Positions 1-9,657 of a stretch of 37,382 nt of DNA are shown piece after piece. The DNA comes from a virus (taxonomy: Duplodnaviria; Caudoviricetes). Every line of letters begins with the position of its first letter. The first letter of the stretch is position 1. The stretch is from positions 1 through 37,382 of IMG/VR virus record IMGVR_UViG_3300014202_000231, one strand, 5' to 3'. The position numbers were made by a program, and so were the translations under genes. Below the pieces are notes generated by a model. It saw only the letters and a list, made by a program, of their open reading frames with translations. It did no database searches and was not told the origin of the DNA.

Positions 1-350
1 CTCCGGCGAAGGGTCCACCGGACTGCCCGCACCGGGACGTTCTCGCCCTCTGGGCCGAGGTGCTGCCGGCCCTGCCGCAGCACAACGCCGGGTTGTGGCG
101 CGGCGCCAGGGCCGACCACCTCCGGGCAAGGTGGCGCGAAACCGCGGCCGAGAAGGGCTGGCGCAACGAGGCCGAAGGGCTGGCCTACCTGCGAAAGCTC
201 TTCGCCTACGTCGGGCAGTCGCGGTTCCTGTCGGGACGGTCCCAGGCAGCGAACGGTCGACCACCTTTCGCGGCCGAGCTCGCATGGCTCGTCAAGCCCG
301 AGAACTGGGCGAAAACGCTCGAAGGCAAGTACCACTCGGAGGCCGCATGA
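1..350 (+). CDS. Replication initiator protein, C-terminal part (continues from 36815 across the junction)
   Basis: Frame is open from position 3: PAKGPPDCPHRDVLALWAEVLPALP...WLVKPENWAKTLEGKY, a typical C-terminal domain of lambdoid replication proteins. Confidence 0.8.
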   Translation, partial: PAKGPPDCPHRDVLALWAEVLPALPQHNAGLWRGARADHLRARWRETAAEKGWRNEAEGLAYLRKLFAYVGQSRFLSGRSQAANGRPPFAAELAWLVKPENWAKTLEGKYHSEAA

Positions 351-700
351 GGCGCACCGCATTCGACGAAAAATCCGACCAGCGCTTTGCCGCCGAGGCG
401 AAGCCGATCGACCATCACTGCCCAGCGCATGGCTGTCCGAACGCGGCCAGCTCGTCCTTCGACAACGGCGCGCATTGGGCATGCTTCGAGCACGCGAAAG
501 CAGCGCCGCGCGAGTGGCCAGCGGTCACGCAGAGCATCCGCGACAGGTGGCCGGCATCGTGCAACTGGAACCACCCGGAGAAGGTCGAGTACGAAGCCGT
601 GCAGGCGGCGAAGCGGCGCGCCGCGCTGAAGCTGCACCGCCGGGTGGGCATCGGCCTGAACGCCGCTGACGCGCTGCCGGATTTTCGGGTCGTCTCGTGA
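347..700 (+). CDS. Hypothetical protein, Cys/His-rich (possible Zn binding)
   Basis: ATGA overlap with the rep stop codon; CPAHGC...CFEH motif. Confidence 0.7.
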   Translation: MRRTAFDEKSDQRFAAEAKPIDHHCPAHGCPNAASSSFDNGAHWACFEHAKAAPREWPAVTQSIRDRWPASCNWNHPEKVEYEAVQAAKRRAALKLHRRVGIGLNAADALPDFRVVS

Positions 701-996
701 AAGCCCCCGACCTCACCCCCGGCTGCCAGGCCTGCGCCGCCGCGGCAGCCAACCCGACATCCGGCCTCTACACCGCCGGCTGCACCGCCTGCGGCGCGCG
801 CCAGGCCGCCAACTCGATCCCCTACGCCGCCACCATGACCGGCAAGGTTCCGACGCCGGAATACCGCGCCCGGCTCGCCGCGATCGCCTACCCCGGCGAG
901 GAAATCGAGCAGACGCACGCCAGGGTCAGGGCATGGGACAAGGCGATTTTCGAGTTCCGCATGCGCGGCGGGGTTGAGGAAGGGGTGATGCTTTGA
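697..996 (+). CDS. Hypothetical protein with two CxxC motifs
   Basis: GTGA overlap; CQAC...CTAC. Confidence 0.7.
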   Translation: MKAPDLTPGCQACAAAAANPTSGLYTAGCTACGARQAANSIPYAATMTGKVPTPEYRARLAAIAYPGEEIEQTHARVRAWDKAIFEFRMRGGVEEGVML

Positions 997-1424
997 TCAC
1001 CAAGGTCGCCTTCGTCATCCCCGGCGACCCCCAAGGCAAGGGCCGCGCCCGCGTCGGCAAGATCAACGGCCACGCGCGGATGTTCACGCCGCAGAAGACC
1101 GTCGCCTACGAGGGACTGGTCGCCATGGCCGCGCAGTCAGCGATGGCCGGCGCCGGGCCGTTTCTCGGGCCGCTGGCGGTCGAAATCGAGGCTGTCCATA
1201 CCATCCCCGCCTCGTGGTCGAAAAAACGCCGGGAAGGGGCGCTGGCGGGCCGGGAGCGGCCGACCACGAAGCCCGACATCGACAACATCGCGAAGGCGGT
1301 CGCGGACGGCGGCAACGGCATTGCCTGGGCCGACGACAAGCAGATCGTGGCCCTGAGCGCGTCGAAGCTGTACGGGCTGCGGCCGGAGGTTCGGGTCCGA
1401 GTTGCGGAGATTGTGCCGTGCTGA
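993..1424 (+). CDS. rusA: RusA-family Holliday junction resolvase
   Basis: PQGKGRAR N-terminus; KPDIDNIAK...D...DDKQIV catalytic aspartates; nin-region position. Confidence 0.9.
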   Translation: MITKVAFVIPGDPQGKGRARVGKINGHARMFTPQKTVAYEGLVAMAAQSAMAGAGPFLGPLAVEIEAVHTIPASWSKKRREGALAGRERPTTKPDIDNIAKAVADGGNGIAWADDKQIVALSASKLYGLRPEVRVRVAEIVPC

Positions 1425-1630
1425 AGTGGGTCGAATCAGGCGGCCGTCGTTACCGGGTGATGGTCGCACTCGATTACACGGTGCTGCGTGCCGAGGTCGA
1501 GGTCACGGCGCATGACAAGCGGCCAACGCTGCGCCGGATCAGGCATCCGGTGACAATCGCGCGGCTGCAGGACATGGTGCGTCCCGCGGCAAAGTGCCCG
1601 ACTTGCGGGGGAGTGCCGTGCCTGGGCTGA
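1418..1630 (+). CDS. Small hypothetical protein with C-terminal CPTC
   Basis: GTG at 1418 with GGAG upstream; fills the gap between rusA and terS. Confidence 0.55.
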   Translation: MLKWVESGGRRYRVMVALDYTVLRAEVEVTAHDKRPTLRRIRHPVTIARLQDMVRPAAKCPTCGGVPCLG

Positions 1631-1992
1631 CGCCGAAGCAGCAGAGGTTCGTCGAGGAATACCTCGTCGACCTGAATGCGACGGCCGCCGCGGTGCGCGC
1701 CGGCTACCGCGGCGAGCCAAACACCGTCGGGCCGCGGCTGTTGGTCAATGTTGGTGTTTCGTCCGCGATCGCCGAAAAGCGCCAGCGCCTGTCCGAAAAG
1801 ACCGAGCGCACCGTCGCCGACGTCATGGAAGACATCCGCCGCCGCGGCAAGCTCGCCGAGCAGGCCGAAGAGTACGGCGCCGCGCTGAAAGCGGCCGAGC
1901 TCGAGGGCAAGCACCTGGGCGCCTTCGTCGAGCGCGTCGAGCACCTGGGCGCCGTGACCTTCGTCATCACGCCGGCCGAGTCGAAGCTGTGA
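1618..1992 (+). CDS. terS: Terminase small subunit
   Basis: LTPKQQRFVEEYLVDLNATAAAVRAGY signature; directly upstream of terL. Start at GTG 1618 chosen on RBS. Confidence 0.92.
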   Translation: MPGLTPKQQRFVEEYLVDLNATAAAVRAGYRGEPNTVGPRLLVNVGVSSAIAEKRQRLSEKTERTVADVMEDIRRRGKLAEQAEEYGAALKAAELEGKHLGAFVERVEHLGAVTFVITPAESKL

Positions 1993-3347
1993 CCTTCACC
2001 CCGACCGCACGCCAGCGCGAGGCGGTCGAGACGGTGCTCTCCAGCGCCGCGACGTGGATCATGCTGTTCGGCGGCAGCCGCAGCGGCAAGACGTTCCTGC
2101 TCGTGCGATGCATTGTGCTGCGCGCGCTCAAGGCGAAGCGCTCGCGGCACTTGATCGTCAGATTGAGGTTCAACCACCTCAAGGCGTCGATCGTGCTCGA
2201 CACCTTCCCGGCGGTGATGCGCAAGTGCTTCCCCGGCGTCGCCTACAACCTCAACAAGACCGACTGGTACGTCGAGTTCAAGAACGGTGCTCAGATCTGG
2301 TTCGGGGGCTTGGACGAGTCGGACCGCATGGAGAAGATGTTGGGCCTGGAGTTCAGCACGATCTACGTCAACGAGGCCAGCCAGGTCGGGTGGCCGGGCG
2401 TGCAACTGCTGCTGACGCGCCTGGCGCAGCGCGTCATGGCCGAGCTGCCCGGCCAGCCGCCGGAGCCGCTGAAGCTGCGCTTCCTGTTCGACTGCAACCC
2501 GCCCAGCAAGTCGCACTGGACGTTCAAGGTCTTCAAGCAGCTCGTCGACCCCGACACGCGCGAGCCGCTGCGCGAGCCGGGCAACTACGCAAGCTTTCAG
2601 ATGAACCCGCGGGACAACCTGGCGAACCTGAGCGAGGAGTACCTGAACGCGCTCAAGGCGCTGTCGGGCCGCATGCGCAGGCGGTTCGAGGAGGGGGAGT
2701 TCAGCGAGGCCACGCCGAACGCCCTCTTCGACGAGGCGATCATCGACCGCTGGCGCGTCGACGCCGGCGACACGCTGCCGGACTACGTGCGCGTCGTGGT
2801 TGCCGTCGACCCCTCGGGTGCAGGCGACACCGACAACGCCGACAACGACGAGATCGGCATCGTCGTCGTGGCGCTCGGCGGCGACGGGCGCGCGTACCTG
2901 CTCGAGGATCTGACCATGAAGGCGGGGCCGGCGGCCTGGGGCCGCGTGGCGGTGCAGGCGTGGCAGCGGCACCTGGCCGACGTGATCGTCGGCGAAACGA
3001 ACTTCGGCGGCGCGATGGTCGAGGCCACGATCGCCACCGCGGCGCGCGAGCTGGCCGCCCGGCCGAAGTTCAAGATGGTCACCGCCAGCCGCGGCAAGGT
3101 GCAACGCGCCGAGCCCTTCAGCGCCCTGTACGAGCAGGGCAAGGTGCGCCACGTCGGCATGCACGCGAAGCTGGAGGACGAGCTCTGCGCCTTCAGCACC
3201 AGCGGCTACACCGGCACCGGCAGCCCGAACCGGGCCGACGCGCTCATCTGGGGTCTGGCGGAGCTGTTCGCGGGCCTCACACGGCCGGCGCGCGAGCCGC
3301 GCACACTCAAGCTCGACGAGCGCCCGCGGAACTGGCAGGCGGCGTAG
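1989..3347 (+). CDS. terL: Terminase large subunit
   Basis: Walker A GGSRSGKT, Walker B IYVNE, coupling motif DCNP, RNase H-like nuclease VAVDP...SPNRADAL. Confidence 0.93.
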   Translation: MTFTPTARQREAVETVLSSAATWIMLFGGSRSGKTFLLVRCIVLRALKAKRSRHLIVRLRFNHLKASIVLDTFPAVMRKCFPGVAYNLNKTDWYVEFKNGAQIWFGGLDESDRMEKMLGLEFSTIYVNEASQVGWPGVQLLLTRLAQRVMAELPGQPPEPLKLRFLFDCNPPSKSHWTFKVFKQLVDPDTREPLREPGNYASFQMNPRDNLANLSEEYLNALKALSGRMRRRFEEGEFSEATPNALFDEAIIDRWRVDAGDTLPDYVRVVVAVDPSGAGDTDNADNDEIGIVVVALGGDGRAYLLEDLTMKAGPAAWGRVAVQAWQRHLADVIVGETNFGGAMVEATIATAARELAARPKFKMVTASRGKVQRAEPFSALYEQGKVRHVGMHAKLEDELCAFSTSGYTGTGSPNRADALIWGLAELFAGLTRPAREPRTLKLDERPRNWQAA

Positions 3348-3357
3348 GATAGGAACG

Positions 3358-3555
3358 ATGAGCAAGAAAGAGGCGCGGTTCGTGACGTGGGACACAGGCA
3401 AAAGAGCCGAGATGAACACCGACGAGGGCGTCGGCCAAGTGACGGTGCAGCGCACGATGTTCAGCGATGTTGTCACCGTGGACCATGACGAGCGGATAGA
3501 GCTGGACTTTGAGACCGGCACCGTGCGCGTCGTGAAGGATGACGATCCGGCGTAG
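3358..3555 (+). CDS. Hypothetical protein (65 aa)
   Basis: AGGA RBS before ATG; fills the terL-portal gap. Confidence 0.65.
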   Translation: MSKKEARFVTWDTGKRAEMNTDEGVGQVTVQRTMFSDVVTVDHDERIELDFETGTVRVVKDDDPA

Positions 3556-3559
3556 TCCG

Positions 3560-3588
3560 TTGCGCTCCAAGTGAGCATGCACTAACAT
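3560..3588 (+). promoter_or_regulatory. Predicted sigma70 promoter for the portal gene, overlapped by a GTGAG-N6-CTAAC box (3571-3586)
   Basis: TTGCGC-17 nt-TAACAT, ending 6 nt before the portal ATG. Confidence 0.6.
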
Positions 3589-3594
3589 GCGAGC

Positions 3595-5607
3595 ATGGCC
3601 CAAGACCTGCACCGCAAGGCTCTCGAACGCTACGAGGACGCCCAGGAGGCCGTCCGCGACCAGCACAAGCGGATGCAGGAAGACCTGCGATTCAGCAACC
3701 CGAGCGACCCGCAGCAGTGGGACGACGACGCGCTCAAGCTGCGCCAGAACCGGGTCTGCCTGACGCTGGACCGGACGAATCAGTACATCGTCCAGGTCGT
3801 CAACGACGCGCGCAAGAACAAGCCCGGCATCAGCACGCTGCCGGTCGACTCCGGCGCCGATATCGAGGTCGCCAAGCGCCTGGACGGCATCATCCGGCAC
3901 ATCGAATACCGCTCGCGGGCCGCCATCGCCTACGACACCGCCGTCGAGCACGCCGCGCGCTGCGGCCGCGGCTGGCTGCGCGTGGTGCCGGAGATCGTGC
4001 GCTCGGAGACGAATCACCAGGAGGTGACGATCAAGCGCGTGCACGATCCGCTGTCGATCGTGCTGGACCCCGACTCCACCGAGCCGGACGGCTGCGATGC
4101 GATGTACGCCTTCGCAGAGACGGTGCTTTCGAAGCGCGCGTTCAAGGCGCGGTTTCCGAAGGCCACCGCGGCGAGCTGGGAAAGCGCCGACGGCAAGTGG
4201 ATCATGGACGACGCGGTGCGGATCTGCGAGTACCAGCACGTCGTCGAGACAGAGCGCCCGATGATGGTCGTCGAGTCGCCGGAGGGCGGCCAGTTCGAGC
4301 TGAACGAAGAGGACTACTGGTCGCTGGCGAAGCAGATCGGCTACCAGCCCAAGGTCGTGCAGAACTTCCGCGCCAAGGACCGCAGCGTGAAGTGGTGCCA
4401 CCTGAGCGGCGCCGAGGTGCTCGAGGAGACTGACTTCCCGAGCAAGTGGCTGGGGTTCATCCCGGTCATCGGGTTCGAGCTCTGGGTGGACGGCAAGCGC
4501 TACCTGTGCGGCCTGACGCGGCGCATGATGGACGCGCAGCGGGCCTACAACTACGAGCGCAGCGCCCTGGTCGAGGCCGTGGCCATGCAGCCGAAGGCGC
4601 CGATCCTGACGCCGGTCGAGTCGGTCGAGGGCCACGAGAAGCACTGGAACGCGCTGAACACCGGCTCGCCGGCCTACCTGCCGTACAACCACATGGACGG
4701 CGAGGGCCAGCCGCTGCCGATGCCGCAGCGCATGGCCCCGCCGACCTTTCCGGCGGCCTTTGCACAGGGCGGGCAGATCGCGCTCGGGGACCTGGAGGCC
4801 AGCATCGGCATGAACCAGGCCAGCCTGGGCAACCCGAGCAACGCCACCAGCGGCCGCCAGGAGCGCGAGCGCAAGGAGCAGGGCGCGACGGCTACCTACC
4901 ACTTCTCGGACAACCTCAGCCGCTCGATCGAGCACCTGGGCCGCATCGTCGTCGACATGATCCCGCGCCTGTACGACACGAAGCGCCAGGCGCGCATCCT
5001 CGGCATCGAGGGCGAGAACGACGCGATCGAGGTCGACCCTCAGGGCCCGGCGGTGCGCAAGCAGGGAAACAAGATCGTCGCCATCAATCCGGGCGTCGGG
5101 GCCTATGACGTGCGCGTGGTGTCGGGGCCGAACTACGTGACGCAGCGCCAGGAAGCAGCCGAGGGCATCGCCCAGGTGCTGCAGGCCGCGCCGCAGTTCG
5201 CGCCGGTGCTCGCGCCCGTCTTGATGAAGCTGCGCGACTGGCCGGACGCCGAGAAGACCGCGCGCATGCTGCTGGCCATGGCGCCGCCGGAGGTGCAGCG
5301 CATCGTCAACGAGGACAACGGCGACGGGCAGCCGATCCCGCCGCAGGTGCAGGCCCAACTGCAGCAGATGCAGCAGCAGATGCAGCAGATGGAGGCCATG
5401 CTCGACGCCGGCGAGAAGGAGATCGGCCGCCTGCAGCAGGAGAACCAGGGCCTGCAGCAGGACCGCAGCATCGAGGCCGCCAAGCTGGCCGCGCAGACCG
5501 AATCGGACGAGGCCGATGAGGACGTGGCGCGCTACCGCGCCGAGACTGAGCGCCTGAAGATCCTGGCCGGGCCGCCGCCTCGGGCCTTCACACCGGGCCA
5601 AAGTTAG
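3595..5607 (+). CDS. Portal protein (P22 gp1-like)
   Basis: 670 aa after terL; QW..., LTLDRT...VVND, GWLRV, ATSG motifs and a Q-rich C-terminal coiled-coil barrel. Confidence 0.92.
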   Translation: MAQDLHRKALERYEDAQEAVRDQHKRMQEDLRFSNPSDPQQWDDDALKLRQNRVCLTLDRTNQYIVQVVNDARKNKPGISTLPVDSGADIEVAKRLDGIIRHIEYRSRAAIAYDTAVEHAARCGRGWLRVVPEIVRSETNHQEVTIKRVHDPLSIVLDPDSTEPDGCDAMYAFAETVLSKRAFKARFPKATAASWESADGKWIMDDAVRICEYQHVVETERPMMVVESPEGGQFELNEEDYWSLAKQIGYQPKVVQNFRAKDRSVKWCHLSGAEVLEETDFPSKWLGFIPVIGFELWVDGKRYLCGLTRRMMDAQRAYNYERSALVEAVAMQPKAPILTPVESVEGHEKHWNALNTGSPAYLPYNHMDGEGQPLPMPQRMAPPTFPAAFAQGGQIALGDLEASIGMNQASLGNPSNATSGRQERERKEQGATATYHFSDNLSRSIEHLGRIVVDMIPRLYDTKRQARILGIEGENDAIEVDPQGPAVRKQGNKIVAINPGVGAYDVRVVSGPNYVTQRQEAAEGIAQVLQAAPQFAPVLAPVLMKLRDWPDAEKTARMLLAMAPPEVQRIVNEDNGDGQPIPPQVQAQLQQMQQQMQQMEAMLDAGEKEIGRLQQENQGLQQDRSIEAAKLAAQTESDEADEDVARYRAETERLKILAGPPPRAFTPGQS

Positions 5608-5637
5608 TCCATACTCACGTTAGCGCACGCTCACTTG
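5587..5637 (+). promoter_or_regulatory. Predicted promoter for scaffold/coat with tandem GTTAG-N6-CTCAC boxes (5603-5618, 5619-5634)
   Basis: TTCACA-17 nt-CATACT; the tandem boxes cover the -10 element and start site. Confidence 0.6.
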
Positions 5638-5681
5638 GCGTGCCGCTCCCCCGGCGGGTAAGCCGTGCAGCAGGGGTGTAC

Positions 5682-6488
5682 GTGAGCACCGAAACGACGA
5701 TCGAGACCGCCGCGCCGAGCGATGTCCAGCAAGGGCAGAACGGCGTACCTGGGCAGCAAGACGCGGACACCGCCCAGCCGCAAAACGAGACGACAGAGCA
5801 CGGCGATGATCAGTCGCAGGACGCCGAGGGTGGCGAGAAGCTGACCCCCGAGCAGAAGACGATCCGCAAGATGCAACGTCGGATCGACCGGCTCACCGCC
5901 GGCCGAGGCGCCGCAGAGCGCGAAGCCCAGCTGCTTCGCGAGTACATGCAGCAGCGCCAGGGCCAGCAGGGCCAAGACCAGGAACAGGAAGCCGAACGCA
6001 CGAGGTCGATCGACCCGCGTGAGATCGAGCAGATTGCCCAGGAGCGCGCACGCCAGCTGGTCCGCCAGCAGACCGTCGCGCAGCGCGTGGGCACCGTGCT
6101 CGACACCGGGCGAAAGCTGGCCGGGTTCGACGAGGCAGTGAACGCAGTCGCCGAAGAGGTGCCGTTCACCGATCGACGGGGGCAACCGACGCCCTTCATC
6201 GAGGCGGTGCTCGACGCCGACAAGCCGGCCCAACTGCTGCACTGGCTCGGCCAGAACCCGGACGAGGCCGCGGCGTTCACCGGACTGTCCCCGGCGCAAA
6301 TCGGGCGGCGTCTCGCGAAGCTGGAAGACCGGATTGAGCGAGAGGCCAAGAGCAAGGCCAGCGGGGCGCCGACGCCGTTGACGGCAGTTCGCACCCGCGG
6401 GAAGTCTGATCCAGACCCGGCGGCCATGAGCGACAAGGAGTTCGCAGAGTGGCGCCGGACCCAGATCAAGAGCCGCAACATCGCATAA
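5682..6488 (+). CDS. Capsid scaffolding protein
   Basis: Between portal and coat; acidic disordered N-terminus, coiled coil, C-terminal MSDKEFAEWR helix. GTG start with AGGGG RBS. Confidence 0.82.
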   Translation: MSTETTIETAAPSDVQQGQNGVPGQQDADTAQPQNETTEHGDDQSQDAEGGEKLTPEQKTIRKMQRRIDRLTAGRGAAEREAQLLREYMQQRQGQQGQDQEQEAERTRSIDPREIEQIAQERARQLVRQQTVAQRVGTVLDTGRKLAGFDEAVNAVAEEVPFTDRRGQPTPFIEAVLDADKPAQLLHWLGQNPDEAAAFTGLSPAQIGRRLAKLEDRIEREAKSKASGAPTPLTAVRTRGKSDPDPAAMSDKEFAEWRRTQIKSRNIA

Positions 6489-6497
6489 GGAATCGAC

Positions 6498-7733
6498 GTG
6501 TCCAATTCACTGCTCACCATCGACATGGTCACGCGCGAAGCGCTCCGTGTCGCCCACGAAAGCTGCCAGTTCATCGCAACGACCGATCGCCAGTACGACG
6601 ACTCGTTCGCGAAGGGCGGCGCCAAGATCGGCCAGCAACTGCGCGTGCGCAAGCCGAACCAGTACGTTCGCACCCAGGGCTCGCGCGTCATGGACGTGCA
6701 GGATCAGGGCGAGAACAACGGCACCATCACCGTCGCGACGCAGGACCACGTCGACATGCGCTTCAACTCGCAAGAGCTGGCGCTGTCGATCGACGACTTC
6801 TCGCGCCGCTACATCGAGCCTGCGGTCAAGGTGCTGGTGTCCGGCATCGAGGCCGACTACCTGGCCTACGCCACAAAGGCGGTCTACAACGTCGCCGGCA
6901 GCGCCGGCACGGCCATCACCGACCTGAACGCTCCCGGCCTGGCGCGCGCCAAGCTGAACCAGTGTCTCGCACCCAAGGATGCGCGCGCGATCCAGATGGA
7001 CTCGATCACGATGGCGGGCCTGGTCAAGGGCGTGGCCGCGTACTTCGCGCCCAGCGGCGACATCGGCAACCAGTACCGCGAGGGCATGGTGCGCCGCACG
7101 TCGATGGCCGACTTCTACGAGAACGAGCGCTGCTGGACGCAGACCAACGGCTCGGACGTGACGGGCAACACCGACGCGGCTGGCCTGGGCACCGCGGCTG
7201 CCGATGGCGGCTACAGCACGATCGACATGCACACGGACATCGCCGTGGCTGCCCAGGCCGTCGGCTCGGTCTTCACGGTGGCCGGCGTCTACGCCGTGCA
7301 CCCGGAGACGAAGGCGGCCCTGCCGTACCTGCAGCAGTTCGTCATCACGGGCAGCTCGGGCAACTTCACGACCGTCTCGCCGACGATCTACCTGACGGGC
7401 GCGCGCCGCAACGTCGGCAGCGCCACCGGTGCGGCGCTGACGACGGCGACCTTCAACGCGGCGGCCGTGACCTTCGTCGGCGCGGCCAACGCGAGCTACG
7501 TGCAGCCGCTGATGTACCACCCGGAGGCGTTCCAGTTCGTCTCGGCCGACCTGCCGCTGATGGACGACGCCGCGAAGTGCGTGCGCCGCATGCAGGACGG
7601 CCTCTCGCTGCGCGTGTGGCAAGCCTCGGACATCCGCAACGACGAGCAGCTCATGCGGATCGACATCCTGTACGGATTCGCCGCGCTGCGCCCCGAATGG
7701 GCCTGCCGCCTCATCGGCTCGGCCGTCGCCTGA
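6498..7733 (+). CDS. Major capsid protein (P22 gp5 coat family)
   Basis: SNSLLTIDMVTREAL...KIGQQLRVRKP...RIDILYG...RPEWAC; AAGGA RBS. Confidence 0.93.
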   Translation: MSNSLLTIDMVTREALRVAHESCQFIATTDRQYDDSFAKGGAKIGQQLRVRKPNQYVRTQGSRVMDVQDQGENNGTITVATQDHVDMRFNSQELALSIDDFSRRYIEPAVKVLVSGIEADYLAYATKAVYNVAGSAGTAITDLNAPGLARAKLNQCLAPKDARAIQMDSITMAGLVKGVAAYFAPSGDIGNQYREGMVRRTSMADFYENERCWTQTNGSDVTGNTDAAGLGTAAADGGYSTIDMHTDIAVAAQAVGSVFTVAGVYAVHPETKAALPYLQQFVITGSSGNFTTVSPTIYLTGARRNVGSATGAALTTATFNAAAVTFVGAANASYVQPLMYHPEAFQFVSADLPLMDDAAKCVRRMQDGLSLRVWQASDIRNDEQLMRIDILYGFAALRPEWACRLIGSAVA

Positions 7734-7753
7734 CCTGAAGGAGAACCTGCATC

Positions 7754-7975
7754 ATGGCAACCTACGAACGACTCGACTACGGCTCGCCGGACGGCGCGCA
7801 GATCGGCGGCTCGGCGACCGACAAGATCGGTTTCTTCGGCGCCACGCCGGTCGCCCAGCGCGCGAACACGGTGCAGGCCGCATCGGTGGCCTCGGCCACG
7901 GCCAACATCGAGGCCTGGCGCACCGAAGTCACCGCGACCCTGACGGCCCTCGGGCTCTGGAAGGGCGGGGCCTGA
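7754..7975 (+). CDS. Small head-associated protein (73 aa)
   Basis: AAGGAG RBS, directly after the coat gene and before the terminator; KIGFFGATPV motif. Confidence 0.75.
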   Translation: MATYERLDYGSPDGAQIGGSATDKIGFFGATPVAQRANTVQAASVASATANIEAWRTEVTATLTALGLWKGGA

Positions 7976-8001
7976 TCCCCTGAGGTAGTTGCAAGAGGGT
8001 T

Positions 8002-8038
8002 GGGCGGCCCGCGCATCACAGCCGGGCCGCCCGTTTTT
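8002..8038 (+). terminator. Intrinsic terminator after the capsid genes
   Basis: 10-bp stem GGGCGGCCCG/CGGGCCGCCC followed by GTTTTT. Confidence 0.8.
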
Positions 8039-8058
8039 CCCTACCCGGAGGGGATTCA

Positions 8059-8766
8059 GTGAGCAAGGGCAAGGTCGTCATCTGCACGCCGTCGATCACC
8101 GGGCCGACCAAGCCCTACATCGCGGCGCTCGAGGCGTCCTTGCCCGTGCTCGAGGCCGCCGGCTGGCAGCACAGCTACGTCGAGCTCGTCGGCTGCCAGT
8201 ACATCTCGGCCGCGCGCGCCACGATGCTGCGCACCGCGCTCGACACGCTGCCGGACGCGATCGTCTTCCTCGACTACGACATGAGCTGGGATCCTGTGGA
8301 TCTGCTCAAGCTCGTCGAGACCGAAGGCGACGTCGTGGCCGGCGTCTACCGCCCGAAGGTGCCCGACGAGGAGTACATGGGGCAGATCGAGGTCGGCCCG
8401 AACGGCCGCCCGATGGTGCGCGAGGGCGACGGCGCGATCCTCGCCACGCTGATCCCGGCCGGCTTCATGAAGATCACCACCGCCGGCGTGGCCGCGTTCA
8501 TGCGCGCCTGGCCGAACCTGTGCTACGGCCCGCCGTTCCGGCAGTCGGTGGACCTGTTCAACCACGGAGCCGAGGGCGGCGTCTGGTGGGGCGAGGACTA
8601 CGCCTTCTCCAGGCGCTACCGCGAGCGCTGCGGGCCGATCTGGATCGTTCCTGACCTGAACCTGCACCACCACAGCGGCGAGACGGTCTTCCGCGGCAAC
8701 TTCCACCGCTACCTGCTGCGCCGGCCCGGCGGCAGCCACGAGCAAGCGAGACTCAAATGCGCCTGA
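8059..8766 (+). CDS. GT-A fold (GT2-like) glycosyltransferase
   Basis: VVICTP strand, ISAARA, FLDYD (DxD), GFMKI and GEDYAF motifs. Confidence 0.75.
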   Translation: MSKGKVVICTPSITGPTKPYIAALEASLPVLEAAGWQHSYVELVGCQYISAARATMLRTALDTLPDAIVFLDYDMSWDPVDLLKLVETEGDVVAGVYRPKVPDEEYMGQIEVGPNGRPMVREGDGAILATLIPAGFMKITTAGVAAFMRAWPNLCYGPPFRQSVDLFNHGAEGGVWWGEDYAFSRRYRERCGPIWIVPDLNLHHHSGETVFRGNFHRYLLRRPGGSHEQARLKCA

Positions 8767-8957
8767 AGCACCAGATCCACGGCTTCCACAACCCGATGCC
8801 GGGCGAGCGCGAGGCGATGCTGGCCGCCGGCTGGACTGAGGACGTGCCGCCGGCGGCGGCCGAAAAGGTCGCTGCGTCGCTCGACGACATTCCGGTCGCC
8901 ACCGCGGCCGCCTTCAAGCGCCCGGCGCCGCCGGCCAAGCACGTGGGCAAGAAGTGA
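8757..8957 (+). CDS. Hypothetical protein (66 aa)
   Basis: Overlap-coupled to both neighbours; basic tail. Confidence 0.65.
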   Translation: MRLKHQIHGFHNPMPGEREAMLAAGWTEDVPPAAAEKVAASLDDIPVATAAAFKRPAPPAKHVGKK

Positions 8958-9649
8958 CCACAGCGAACGCGATCATCCGCGCCGCCCTGGGCAAGCTCGG
9001 CATCGTCGCGCCAGGCGAGTCGGTCAAGCCCGGCGAAGCCGAGGACTGCCTGCTGGCGCTGAACCGCGTGCTCGACTCGTGGAAGACGCAGCGCCTGTAC
9101 GCGTACGCCACGCAGACGATCACCGCGGCGCTGCCGGCCGGCGTGCAGACCCGCACCATCGGGCCCGGCGCCGACATCGTGACCACGGCGCGGCCTGACC
9201 GCTTCGAGGTCGGCTCCTACGTCACGGTGGCCGGCATCGACTACCCGCTGCAGATGGTCAACGAGGCCGACTTCAACGCGATCGAGCTGAAGGACATCGG
9301 CAGCCTGGTGCCGATCGTGATGACCTACCGGCCGTCGCTGCCGCTGGGCGTGCTGCGGTTCTACCCGGCGCCGGGCGATGGCGCCACGCTGAACCTGCTG
9401 GCGCAGGTGCAGGTGTCGGCCTTCGCGGACCTGACGGCCAGCTACGGCCTGCCGTCCGGCTACGAGCGGGCGCTGGTGTTCGCGCTGGCCGAAGAGGTCG
9501 GAGCCGACTTCGAGCGCGAGATCCCGCCGACGGTGGCCCGCAATGCGGCGCTGGCGCGGCGCGCCATCAAGCGCGCGAACAGCGAGGTGCCGCAGCTGCA
9601 GCTCGGCCCGCTGCCTGAAAGCCGGCTCGCGCGATTCATCGCGGGGTGA
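8954..9649 (+). CDS. Head-tail adaptor (P22 gp4-like)
   Basis: TANAIIRAALGKLG...LNRVLDSW...LPSGYERALVFALA pattern; expected position. Confidence 0.8.
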   Translation: MTTANAIIRAALGKLGIVAPGESVKPGEAEDCLLALNRVLDSWKTQRLYAYATQTITAALPAGVQTRTIGPGADIVTTARPDRFEVGSYVTVAGIDYPLQMVNEADFNAIELKDIGSLVPIVMTYRPSLPLGVLRFYPAPGDGATLNLLAQVQVSAFADLTASYGLPSGYERALVFALAEEVGADFEREIPPTVARNAALARRAIKRANSEVPQLQLGPLPESRLARFIAG

Positions 9650-9657
9650 GATGACCG

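Noticed and set aside
5345-5460. CAG-rich poly-Gln repeat in the portal gene
   Set aside because: Ordinary coiled-coil barrel of P22-like portals.
1704-5601. Long minus-strand ORFs (624 aa, 764 aa) and similar shadow ORFs genome-wide
   Set aside because: Antisense to terL, portal and other clear genes; expected from high-GC codon bias; no recognisable motifs.
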